Below, in pieces: positions 1-7,268 of a DNA stretch of 32,000 nt. Position 1 is the first letter of the stretch, and each line of letters begins with the position of its first letter. Made by a program: the position numbers and the translations under genes. The DNA comes from Bacillus subtilis subsp. subtilis str. 168 (GTDB taxonomy: Bacteria; Bacillota; Bacilli; Bacillales; Bacillaceae): NCBI RefSeq assembly GCF_000009045.1, contig NC_000964.3, positions 2,550,001 through 2,582,000 of the forward strand. The letters run 5' to 3'. The notes beneath the pieces are model-generated. The model did no database searches, was not told the origin of the DNA, and saw nothing but the letters and a program-made list of their open reading frames with translations.

Positions 1-1448
1 ACGGGAAAGCGATTTTAGCAGATGAGGTTGGTCTCGGAAAAACGGTTGAAGCTGGACTGATTCTAAAAGAATATATGATTCGCGGGTTAGCAAAAAAAAT
101 TTTGATCCTTGTGCCCGCTTCCCTTGTGTCACAGTGGGTCAAAGAGCTTCAGGAAAAATTTTTGATTCCGGCTGTTGAACAAAAGAAAAGCTATGTGTGG
201 GAGCAATGCGATATTGTCGTCTCATCAATAGACACCGCGAAGCGCTCGCCCCATCGAGAAATCGTTCTGTCTATCCCATATGATCTTGTCATTATTGATG
301 AGGCACACAAACTGAAAAATAGCAAAACGAAGAACTATGAATTTGTCCGGAATCTCGTAAAAAAATATTGCCTGCTTCTTACCGCGACGCCAATCCAGAA
401 CCGTATCGAAGAGATTTTCAATTTGGTGTCCTTATTAAAACCCGGCCATTTAGGCAGTCAGAATCACTTTCAGGAGGAGTTCGCCAAGAAGAAATCCAGT
501 TTAGAAGCGCATGAACATTTAAAAGATCTTGTGAATAAAGTCATGATCCGTAACAGGCGGCATGATACAGGGCTGAATTGGAAACAGCGCCATGTTGAAA
601 CAGTGCCGATTCAATTTTCTCCATCAGAGCAGGCGCTTTATGATGAAATTTCTCGTTTGAAGGACAGTATCAATAAACCAGCCAGCATGTTCTCGATTAT
701 GACCTTGCAAAGAGAATGCTGTTCGAGCAGAGAAGCGGTATATATGACGCTGAAAAAGATGCTTGATCAAAAAGAGAAACAAGCACCTGCCATTGATGAG
801 GATACGATTTCAGTTTTGATAGATCGCATCAATCAAGTGACACAAAACTCTAAAGCGCTTCAAGTTGTTGACTTGATCAAAAAGATCGACGATAAGGTCA
901 TCATTTTTACAGAATACCGCGCAACCCAGATTTATCTGCAGTGGTTTCTTCAGCAAAACGGCATCAGTTCTGTGCCGTTTAGAGGCGGATTTAAACGTGG
1001 AAAAAAAGACTGGATGAAGGATCTTTTCCGCGGAAAAATCCAAGTCCTTATTGCAACTGAAGCAGGCGGTGAGGGAATTAACCTGCAATTTTGCAATCAC
1101 ATGATCAACTATGACCTGCCATGGAACCCGATGCGGCTTGAGCAAAGAATCGGAAGAATTCACAGACTCGGGCAGGAGCGTGACGTGCATATTTATAACA
1201 TGGCGACAAAACATACGGTGGAAGAGCATATTCTAAAGCTTTTATATGAAAAAATTCATTTGTTTGAAAAAGTGGTCGGTGAACTTGATGATATTTTAAC
1301 GAAAATTCAAGTGAACAATTTTGAAGAGCACCTTCATGACATTTTGTATCACTCAGCAACAGAAGAAGAAATGAAAATAAAAATGGATAACTTAACCTCA
1401 TTTTTGTCTTATAAAAAACAGCTGCCTGCTGAAAAAAGAGGATCTTAG
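1..1448 (+). CDS. yqhH: SNF2/RapA-like helicase-family ATPase, 5' end cut by the window edge (frame opens at nt 3)
   Basis: The frame is open from nt 3: GKAILADEVGLGKTVEA (motif I), DEAHKLKN (DEAH, motif II), LLLTATPIQN (motif III), QRIGRIHRLGQ (motif VI). Track ORF 75..1448 is the same frame from an internal Met. Synteny with yqhG-sinIR fits. Confidence 0.93.
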   Translation, partial: GKAILADEVGLGKTVEAGLILKEYMIRGLAKKILILVPASLVSQWVKELQEKFLIPAVEQKKSYVWEQCDIVVSSIDTAKRSPHREIVLSIPYDLVIIDEAHKLKNSKTKNYEFVRNLVKKYCLLLTATPIQNRIEEIFNLVSLLKPGHLGSQNHFQEEFAKKKSSLEAHEHLKDLVNKVMIRNRRHDTGLNWKQRHVETVPIQFSPSEQALYDEISRLKDSINKPASMFSIMTLQRECCSSREAVYMTLKKMLDQKEKQAPAIDEDTISVLIDRINQVTQNSKALQVVDLIKKIDDKVIIFTEYRATQIYLQWFLQQNGISSVPFRGGFKRGKKDWMKDLFRGKIQVLIATEAGGEGINLQFCNHMINYDLPWNPMRLEQRIGRIHRLGQERDVHIYNMATKHTVEEHILKLLYEKIHLFEKVVGELDDILTKIQVNNFEEHLHDILYHSATEEEMKIKMDNLTSFLSYKKQLPAEKRGS

Positions 1449-1468
1449 CCTGTAAGGAGGTTTTATTA

Positions 1469-2263
1469 GTGAGACAGCAAGAGGTTCACGATTTTCTGCT
1501 GCGTTTTTTTCAAGCAAACAGCTGCCAAATCGTCGATCAAGGCTTAGGCTATATGACAGTGCAGCTTACAGTTGAAATGGACAAACAAATCATGAACCGC
1601 CCTTTCTACTGGCATTGGCGCGAGAAGACAGGCGGTGATCCGAATCCAATGAAAATCACTTTTATTACAGATAAAGAAAATGCGCCAAAAGACCTAGATG
1701 GTGAATTTATATATTTTGGGGCCCCGCGTCTTTTTCAAATATTCAAAGCTGTTAAACAAAATGGGAGATTTACCAGAATGTATGAGAAAATTGAATCAGC
1801 CGGAGCTAAAGTCCCACTTCAGCCTTGGCTTGGTATAAATGTCACGATTTCATACCAGTCCGACATGAAAAAGGATAAGTTATTGTCACTAGGTCTTCAC
1901 CTAGTCTCTGGAACGATAATTGAAGATTTTCAAAGCAAGCTGACCCAGTTTTCACTGACGTCTCAAATATGTGACTATTGCTTCACCATTTCACCTATGA
2001 TCAAACCAGAAAGCGGACTTAAGCGTATGGAAAACTATATTTCCAAATCCGCTATGCAGGAGCCGTCCGACTGGGCGGAACAGGCGGTTAACAGGTGGAA
2101 GAATGATATGACATTGCTTGATAAGTTTTACGAGCATATAGAAGAAAAACCAGAAGAATACCATCTAGAAAAACAGGCGCTGAAAACCTTGTATCAACCA
2201 AAGATATCAGTTGAAATTGAAAATGGCGGATTGTTTTATCTGCAAAATAATATTTCAAGCTAA
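1469..2263 (+). CDS. yqhG: YqhG-family protein (sporulation factor; renamed SpoIIT as far as I recall)
   Basis: 264-aa ORF with a GTG start 7 nt after AAGGAGG (1455-1461), 20 nt after the yqhH stop. I recognise the sequence and its position as B. subtilis YqhG. Confidence 0.9.
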   Translation: MRQQEVHDFLLRFFQANSCQIVDQGLGYMTVQLTVEMDKQIMNRPFYWHWREKTGGDPNPMKITFITDKENAPKDLDGEFIYFGAPRLFQIFKAVKQNGRFTRMYEKIESAGAKVPLQPWLGINVTISYQSDMKKDKLLSLGLHLVSGTIIEDFQSKLTQFSLTSQICDYCFTISPMIKPESGLKRMENYISKSAMQEPSDWAEQAVNRWKNDMTLLDKFYEHIEEKPEEYHLEKQALKTLYQPKISVEIENGGLFYLQNNISS

Positions 2264-2274
2264 CTTTTTTACCA

Positions 2275-2317
2275 TTCGACATCATTCTCGTTTTTTTTGA
2301 GAAAATACGATTATAAT
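2275..2317 (+). promoter_or_regulatory. Candidate sinI promoter region: Spo0A box plus -10 hexamer
   Basis: TTCGACA at 2275-2281 is the reverse complement of the 0A-box consensus TGTCGAA. TATAAT lies at 2312-2317 with no good -35 (CGTTTT), as expected for an activator-dependent promoter. sinI is known to be Spo0A~P activated. Exact TSS not verifiable here. Confidence 0.4.
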
Positions 2318-2445
2318 AAAGGTATATTGGAAAAAAATTCTGGTGATTTAATGGCAAATGACTTCCAGAGACTAATGAAGCATACAATAAGTCATGGCCG
2401 GACTGGCTGAAATACATAAACAAGTATTTTAGGAGGAGAAACTGC

Positions 2446-2619
2446 ATGAAGAATGCAAAACAAGAGCACTTTGAATTGGATCAAGAATGGGTTGAATTAA
2501 TGGTGGAAGCCAAAGAGGCAAATATCAGCCCGGAAGAAATACGAAAATATTTACTTTTAAACAAAAAGTCTGCTCATCCTGGTCCGGCAGCCAGAAGTCA
2601 TACCGTAAATCCTTTCTGA
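2446..2619 (+). CDS. sinI: SinI, antagonist of SinR (57 aa)
   Basis: Not in the ORF track (<60 aa). ATG 2446 follows AGGAGGAG (2431-2438). Translation: MKNAKQEHFELDQEWVELMVEAKEANISPEEIRKYLLLNKKSAHPGPAARSHTVNPF, TGA at 2617-2619. Lies immediately upstream of sinR. Confidence 0.95.
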   Translation: MKNAKQEHFELDQEWVELMVEAKEANISPEEIRKYLLLNKKSAHPGPAARSHTVNPF

Positions 2620-2622
2620 ATG

Positions 2623-2631
2623 TGCTATAAT
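2623..2631 (+). promoter_or_regulatory. Extended -10 element (TGcTATAAT), candidate internal constitutive sinR promoter
   Basis: TGCTATAAT at 2623-2631, directly after the sinI stop and about 22 nt before the sinR TTG start. sinR is known to have its own promoter downstream of sinI. The -35 is poor (CCGTAA). Confidence 0.55.
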
Positions 2632-2652
2632 ATCACAAGGAAGGTGATGACA

Positions 2653-2988
2653 TTGATTGGCCAGCGTATTAAACAATACCGTAAAGAAAAAGGCTACTCA
2701 CTATCAGAACTAGCTGAAAAAGCTGGGGTAGCGAAGTCTTATTTAAGCTCAATAGAACGAAATCTACAAACGAACCCCTCCATTCAATTTCTCGAAAAAG
2801 TCTCCGCTGTTCTGGACGTCTCGGTTCATACTTTGCTCGATGAGAAACATGAAACCGAATACGATGGTCAATTAGATAGTGAATGGGAGAAATTGGTTCG
2901 CGATGCGATGACATCCGGGGTATCGAAAAAACAATTTCGTGAATTTTTAGATTATCAAAAATGGAGAAAATCCCAAAAAGAGGAGTAG
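2653..2988 (+). CDS. sinR: SinR, HTH (Xre-type) master repressor of biofilm matrix genes (111 aa)
   Basis: The track ORF starts at 2620. The known N-terminus MIGQRIKQYRKEKGYSLSELAEKAG corresponds to TTG 2653, preceded by AAGGAAGGTGA. The HTH and the C-terminal SinI-like helix region are recognisable. Confidence 0.95.
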   Translation: MIGQRIKQYRKEKGYSLSELAEKAGVAKSYLSSIERNLQTNPSIQFLEKVSAVLDVSVHTLLDEKHETEYDGQLDSEWEKLVRDAMTSGVSKKQFREFLDYQKWRKSQKEE

Positions 2989-3020
2989 TGCCTGAGCAGA
3001 GGCACTAACTCCTCTTTTGT
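2978..3020. terminator. Composite hairpin overlapping the sinR stop; terminator-like on both strands
   Basis: AAGAGGAGT-a-GTGCCT-gagcag-AGGCAC-ta-ACTCCTCTT followed by TTGT on the + strand. On the - strand the same stem is followed by TTTGGG. Confidence 0.6.
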
Positions 3021-3031
3021 CAATAACCATC

Positions 3032-3073
3032 GAGACGGCCCAGTATATGAATACTGGGCCGTCTCTTTTTTTT
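3032..3073 (+). terminator. Rho-independent terminator between convergent sinR and tasA
   Basis: Perfect 15-bp stem GAGACGGCCCAGTAT-atga-ATACTGGGCCGTCTC followed by a T8 run on the + strand. There is no T-run on the - strand. Confidence 0.85.
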
Positions 3074-3080
3074 GCTGTTA

Positions 3081-3866
3081 TTAATTTTTATCCTCGCTAT
3101 GCGCTTTTTCATTTTCTTTCACGTAACCATCTTTATCAGTATGGTCCTTTTTGATTGTCAAGCCGTTCCACTGTGTAGCTTCGAATGAGAATTGAAGCTT
3201 AATGGAGTTGCCTTGATATTTATTTTGAACCATAAGCCCTTTTTCATCTTTTGTTTTATCATCCTTGAATTGGATTTCCATTTGAACCTGATCGAAGTCA
3301 GTTGGTGTTTTTGGAACACCATCATATTCAGGAGCGGTTTTACCATCAATTGTTGCTACATTGACTTTACCGCTTGCATTTAAGAATTTAGGGTCAATTT
3401 GTTTTTTGATTTTTTCAGCAGCCGCTGCATCATTTTTAGCAGACATCAAATACAAGTCTTTAAGGTTCGCATCATCTAAAATAATGTTTTTCGGGTAGCC
3501 ATTGCCGCCCTCTTTTCCAACTGTCAACAATGTCACTTCAAACTGGCTGAGGAAATCTTCTGGAGATGTATTGCTGCCGCCGTTTGCTTTAAAATCTCCA
3601 TAATTAAGCGCCATTAGAACTTCTTTGATCGCAAGTGATCCGTTATTTTCAAATTGGAAATCCTTTGTCAACTTATCTCCCGGCTTTAGATTTGATAAGT
3701 TCACACTCGCTGAATTCTCTTTAGCAGATAAATCAAGCGTACCTGATGCAAAAGTAGCATCCTTTGATTTAATGTCGTTAAATGCTGCCCATGTTCCTCC
3801 TCCAACTAAAGCTAATCCTAGTGCTGCAGAAGCAACTCCTAAACTCAATTTCTTTTTCATACCCAT
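3081..3866 (-). CDS. tasA: TasA, major biofilm matrix fibre protein (camelysin/TasA family), 261 aa
   Basis: 261-aa ORF. The signal peptide MGMKKKLSLGVASAALGLALVGGGTWA and the rest of the sequence are recognised as TasA. Last gene of tapA-sipW-tasA. Confidence 0.97.
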   Translation of the reverse strand: MGMKKKLSLGVASAALGLALVGGGTWAAFNDIKSKDATFASGTLDLSAKENSASVNLSNLKPGDKLTKDFQFENNGSLAIKEVLMALNYGDFKANGGSNTSPEDFLSQFEVTLLTVGKEGGNGYPKNIILDDANLKDLYLMSAKNDAAAAEKIKKQIDPKFLNASGKVNVATIDGKTAPEYDGVPKTPTDFDQVQMEIQFKDDKTKDEKGLMVQNKYQGNSIKLQFSFEATQWNGLTIKKDHTDKDGYVKENEKAHSEDKN

Positions 3867-3901
3867 GGTAAGCTCCCCTTTTATTGAATGATTTTATATC
3901 G

Positions 3902-3919
3902 AAACCTGTTGCCAGGTTT
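3902..3919 (-). other. Intercistronic stem-loop between sipW and tasA
   Basis: AAACCTG-ttgc-CAGGTTT, a 7-bp stem with a 4-nt loop, in the 63-nt sipW-tasA spacer. No U-run follows on the coding (-) strand. Confidence 0.5.
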
Positions 3920-3929
3920 ACAACTGAAG

Positions 3930-4502
3930 TTAAGTAGACATGGTGCTGTCCTTTGTATCTGTTTCCAAGGCTTTTGTCTTTCTTTCAATTTCTCTAATGG
4001 CGCTGCTGATCGTCACAAAAGCGTAAACTAACAGCATCACGCCGGGAACAATCAATAATACAGCCGTTCCAATCGGCTGGCTGGCAAAATGAAGCATATA
4101 GCCGGCATATGGAAGCTGAAAACCTGTGTATTGCGCGCGAACATTTTCGTCCGATACAGGCGCTGAATCAGCTGCTGCATTATTATCACCTTTTGTTTTA
4201 AATAACAAATGGTCTCCTTGCTTTGTTATGTCAACAATTCTGTGGGTGACCGCCGTATTTGCATCCTGCATAAATGTAATAACGTCACCTTTTTGGAGCT
4301 CTTTCACATCAGTGATTTCTTTGACCAATATTAAGGAACCTGTATTGAACTCCGGCTCCATCGAACCTGACAGAACTGATTTCAGCGTATACCCAAACAC
4401 TGCCGGCTCTCCCCCGGATGAACGTGTTGAAATCACGACAAGTGTCAGCACAATAATAAGAGTAAAGATGATCACGTATAAAATATTACTGATCAGCTTC
4501 AT
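3930..4502 (-). CDS. sipW: SipW, ER/archaeal-type signal peptidase I that processes TapA and TasA
   Basis: The track ORF 3930..4514 starts MKKAMKLISN. The SipW N-terminus I recall is MKLISNILYV (190 aa), which is ATG 4502; ATG 4514 remains possible. Contains the SGSMEP catalytic-Ser motif. Overlaps the tapA 3' end. Confidence 0.9.
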   Translation of the reverse strand: MKLISNILYVIIFTLIIVLTLVVISTRSSGGEPAVFGYTLKSVLSGSMEPEFNTGSLILVKEITDVKELQKGDVITFMQDANTAVTHRIVDITKQGDHLLFKTKGDNNAAADSAPVSDENVRAQYTGFQLPYAGYMLHFASQPIGTAVLLIVPGVMLLVYAFVTISSAIREIERKTKALETDTKDSTMST

Positions 4503-5247
4503 TGCTTTTTTCATCCTCTTCCCCGCTTTCCTTCTGGTCTGATTGAGTTTCTTTTTCTTTGGTTACAGCTTCTTGAGATGTTTCTTCTTTCATTGTTTTT
4601 TCCGGTATATCTTTTTGTGTTGTTTCATTCTCCTTTTTGACGTCCGACTTTGTTTCTTTTTTAGGGACTGTCGGTTTTTCATCGCATTTTGCAAGCCTCA
4701 TAGGCTCCGACCACTCAAATGTACTGCCGTTTGCCGGGTAGCCTGCCGGTTTATATACTTTAAATGCATAAATGCCGGGTTTCATTTTTTTCTTGGTCTC
4801 AATTTTATAAAGTGAATCGCCGATTTGATTGGAGACAAATCCTTTTTCGATCACGTTCCCATCCTTTAACGGTTTGCGGGCATTTTCAAGCTTATGAAGC
4901 TCCCACTTCCACTTTGATTTCTTAAGTTTCTCACCTGTATTTTCGAGCACAGCAAATAAGGCGAAAGGTGAGCATACAGTGCCTTTCGTATCCGTTTGAT
5001 CTGATATGTGCAAATCACTTTGATCCCAGCGTTTATCATAATGGCAGTTTTTATCTGTATGCTGAAAGTCTTTACACGTTTGAAGTGAGACATCAAATGT
5101 TTCAATATCATGAAAAGCAGCGCTTGTATCATCGGAAAATTGTAAGCATATTGCGGCAGTCAGACTGAAAATGACTGAAAGCTGAAAGATAAGCAGAACT
5201 TTCAGTTTCGTCTTCGCCTTTTGCTGATTGTGAAACAATCGAAACAT
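4486..5247 (-). CDS. tapA: TapA (YqxM), TasA anchoring/assembly protein, 253 aa
   Basis: 253-aa ORF with a signal/TM segment and an acidic Ser/Thr/Glu-rich C-terminus. First gene of the operon, RBS AGGAGG (5254-5259, - strand). Confidence 0.95.
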   Translation of the reverse strand: MFRLFHNQQKAKTKLKVLLIFQLSVIFSLTAAICLQFSDDTSAAFHDIETFDVSLQTCKDFQHTDKNCHYDKRWDQSDLHISDQTDTKGTVCSPFALFAVLENTGEKLKKSKWKWELHKLENARKPLKDGNVIEKGFVSNQIGDSLYKIETKKKMKPGIYAFKVYKPAGYPANGSTFEWSEPMRLAKCDEKPTVPKKETKSDVKKENETTQKDIPEKTMKEETSQEAVTKEKETQSDQKESGEEDEKSNEADQ

Positions 5248-5288
5248 ATCTTACCTCCTGTAAAACACTGTAACTTGATATGACAATC

Positions 5289-5304
5289 GTTCTCTTTAAA
5301 GAAC
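5289..5304. promoter_or_regulatory. SinR operator (inverted repeat of GTTCTYT) in the tapA promoter region
   Basis: GTTCTCT-tt-AAAGAAC palindrome, 42-57 nt upstream of the tapA ATG. It matches the published SinR half-site consensus GTTCTYT in inverted orientation. Confidence 0.8.
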
Positions 5305-5518
5305 TTCACAAATAGAGTATAATCAACGATTTATAGATTTAAAAACACCGAAATCGCTCATTTTGTTCGTTTAAAAGAATGTTTTCATCATATTACAAAG
5401 TCTTGCTCAGTATTGCTCATTTTTTCAATTTTTTAGAAATTTTTGGGATTGTTATGTGAGAATTTAAATGCATATCCCATTATTATTTGGTAATAATAAA
5501 CAAAGAAAGGGTGACAGC

Positions 5519-5845
5519 ATGATGATCAAACAATGTGTGATTTGTCTATCTCTTCTCGTCTTTGGCACCACAGCCGCTCACGCAGAAGAAACACCGCTTG
5601 TAACCGCCCGCCACATGTCCAAATGGGAAGAGATTGCTGTAAAAGAAGCAAAAAAAAGGTACCCGCTCGCACAGGTACTGTTCAAACAAAAAGTATGGGA
5701 CCGTAAAAGAAAAGATGAAGCAGTGAAGCAATACCATTTAACTCTGAGGGAAGGGTCAAAAGAATTCGGCGTTTTTGTGACGATTTCATTTGATCCTTAT
5801 AGCCAAAAGGTCAATAAAATTGCCATATTAGAAGAATATCAATAA
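5519..5845 (+). CDS. yqzG: Small secreted protein of unknown function (DUF3889-like), 108 aa
   Basis: The track ORF starts at 5468. ATG 5519 follows AAAGGGTGA at good spacing and gives MMIKQCVICLSLLVFGTTAAHA, a signal peptide with AHA|EE. Confidence 0.85.
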   Translation: MMIKQCVICLSLLVFGTTAAHAEETPLVTARHMSKWEEIAVKEAKKRYPLAQVLFKQKVWDRKRKDEAVKQYHLTLREGSKEFGVFVTISFDPYSQKVNKIAILEEYQ

Positions 5846-5880
5846 GGTCCTCCATTTTTTGAAGGACCTTATTCGTTTAT
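5844..5880 (+). terminator. Hairpin after yqzG (between convergent yqzG and yqzE)
   Basis: TAAGGTCCT-ccattttttga-AGGACCTTA followed by the T-rich tail ttcgtttattt. Confidence 0.6.
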
Positions 5881-5886
5881 TTGCGG

Positions 5887-6066
5887 TTATTTTTTCCGTT
5901 TCAGCCAAAGTCGGAAGCCATAGGGTAAAATACCGAACCACTGCTGGGAAACAGGCGTTTTTGTTTCTTTCCGCACCTCTTTTCGTTCTTTTCGCTCATC
6001 TCTCGGAGTATCTATATATTTGACAAATTGCTGCGTCATATATTTAACATAATCATTCGTTTTCAC
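5887..6066 (-). CDS. yqzE: Small basic protein YqzE (59 aa; renamed SpoIIIL as far as I recall), distal gene after comGG
   Basis: Not in the track (<60 aa). GTG 6066 lies 6 nt after GAGGTGA. Translation: [62 protein letters not shown] at 5887-5889. Confidence 0.8.
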
Positions 6067-6136
6067 GTGATCACCTCATCATTCAATTATTATGAGTGTT
6101 GTCTCACATGACTTTTTTTATACCCTTTACACTGTT

Positions 6137-6511
6137 TTATTCTGTCCATCTCAGCAGTTTTTTCTGTTTTTGGTCAAACACGATCTGTGCAGTTCTTTCT
6201 GTTCCCGAATCCGTTGACACTCTTAAGTTGATTTCTTTTTGTTCTTTTATCGATGTATCATGAATGTAATAAGAAACCCGTCCATATAGAAATTGCTGCG
6301 TACCCTCCTGGCCTTTCCGTTCCTCTAGAACATGCCGAATCGAAAGAAGCACCCCATTTTGAAGCAAATTCTCTCCTATGTATAACTCTTTTGTTTCCTT
6401 CTCAAACATGCAGCGTGAAATATATTGAGCAGCAACAAAGTTCACGATTAACAGCACAAGCGCTGACACAAAAAGAACAGCTGGATAAATAAACCCTCTT
6501 GTACGATACAT
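6137..6511 (-). CDS. comGG: ComGG, minor competence pseudopilin, 124 aa
   Basis: MYRTRGFIYPAVLFVSALVLLIV is a prepilin-like N-terminus. The ATG abuts the comGF TGA with no spacer (TGAATG). Confidence 0.95.
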   Translation of the reverse strand: MYRTRGFIYPAVLFVSALVLLIVNFVAAQYISRCMFEKETKELYIGENLLQNGVLLSIRHVLEERKGQEGTQQFLYGRVSYYIHDTSIKEQKEINLRVSTDSGTERTAQIVFDQKQKKLLRWTE

Positions 6512-6895
6512 TCACCCCCCTCCTAAATACGAATAGACTGGAAAAGCAGTTTGATACACTTTTTGGTCTTCACTCTCAATTTTCAGCAAAACAACACCAT
6601 TTTCAATATCAGCTTTCATGGCAGTAATATGATCTAAAATCGGAACATGCCCTTTGCCATCCACTCTTTTTCTTATCATTGAATGATAAATGTCAAAACG
6701 GATGTCTTGTCCGGAAAGATTGGTGCAGATTAACACGCTCCCATGCTCGGCTGTCTTAACTGCCTGTGATTCCTTGCATTCATTCATCATCTGTTCTATC
6801 GAAATCATCCATTCCTGCTGTGTGAAACCGTCATGTTCCTGCTGTCGAGACAAAAACAGATGGATAATCGCAGCTAACGATCCTGATATGAGCAA
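6512..6895 (-). CDS. comGF: ComGF, competence pseudopilus protein (start uncertain, see findings)
   Basis: 127-aa ORF from TTG 6895 (MLISGSLAAIIHLFL...), which is the conventional ComGF. The frame stays open upstream to 7030 and encodes a pilin-type motif there. Confidence 0.85.
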   Translation of the reverse strand: MLISGSLAAIIHLFLSRQQEHDGFTQQEWMISIEQMMNECKESQAVKTAEHGSVLICTNLSGQDIRFDIYHSMIRKRVDGKGHVPILDHITAMKADIENGVVLLKIESEDQKVYQTAFPVYSYLGGG

Positions 6896-6920
6896 AAAGA
6901 CTGAGAGCGAAAATAATACG

Positions 6921-7268
6921 TTAAGAAGCGTGTAGCCATTCTGTCTGCAAAATGCTGAGGCAAAATGATTTTTCTTTATAAGCTGCGGCTTTGATACATA
7001 CGTTTTGATATTCGCCCTCCTCCTCCCACTTCATTGCATAGATATGATTGTTCTTTGTAATCGTTTTTGACGCGGCTCCTTCACCACTCATGACATATTT
7101 GCTAATGCTCTCATTCATCATCTGATAGCCAATTTCTCGTGATTCCGCCATTTTTTCATCAGCCATCAGCTTGTCCCACAAGGGGACGACTGTCAGCAGC
7201 ACAAACAGCCACAGGCTTAGCGCAGACATTGTTTCTATTGTAGAAAAACCTTTATTTTCTCTCCACAT
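6921..7268 (-). CDS. comGE: ComGE, minor competence pseudopilin, 115 aa
   Basis: MWRENKGFSTIETMSALSLWLFVLL prepilin motif (G|FSTIE). The start overlaps the comGD 3' end by 17 nt. Confidence 0.95.
   Translation of the reverse strand: MWRENKGFSTIETMSALSLWLFVLLTVVPLWDKLMADEKMAESREIGYQMMNESISKYVMSGEGAASKTITKNNHIYAMKWEEEGEYQNVCIKAAAYKEKSFCLSILQTEWLHAS

Noticed and set aside
810-1401. Antisense track ORFs inside yqhH (810..1229, 1105..1401). The same kind of ORF lies opposite many other genes: 2088..2447, 2669..2914, 3158..3383, 3625..3891, 4126..4542, 4543..4815, 4866..5168, 5546..5737, 6253..6492, 6690..6935, 9051..9257, 9620..9814, 10595..11370, 13156..13658, 14102..14329, 15445..15630, 15932..16150, 16071..16280, 16348..16542, 16816..17115, 17892..18080, 18320..18718, 20045..20257, 21036..21712, 21813..22260, 22959..23153, 23318..23539, 24067..24258, 25039..25496, 25644..25862, 25838..26104, 27170..27370, 27349..27667, 28055..28456, 28864..29328, 30324..30761, 30953..31442.
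   Set aside because: Each lies wholly or largely opposite or out of frame to a long ORF with clear family motifs. They lack Shine-Dalgarno sequences and have low-complexity or odd composition. They are the expected shadow ORFs of real genes.
2351-2410. 19-codon ORF (MANDFQRLMKHTISHGRTG) in the sinI leader
   Set aside because: It has only a weak GGTGA, 4 nt from the ATG, which is too close. It shows no attenuator-like alternative structures and has no conservation evidence available. It may be a chance ORF and is not worth a call without profiling data.
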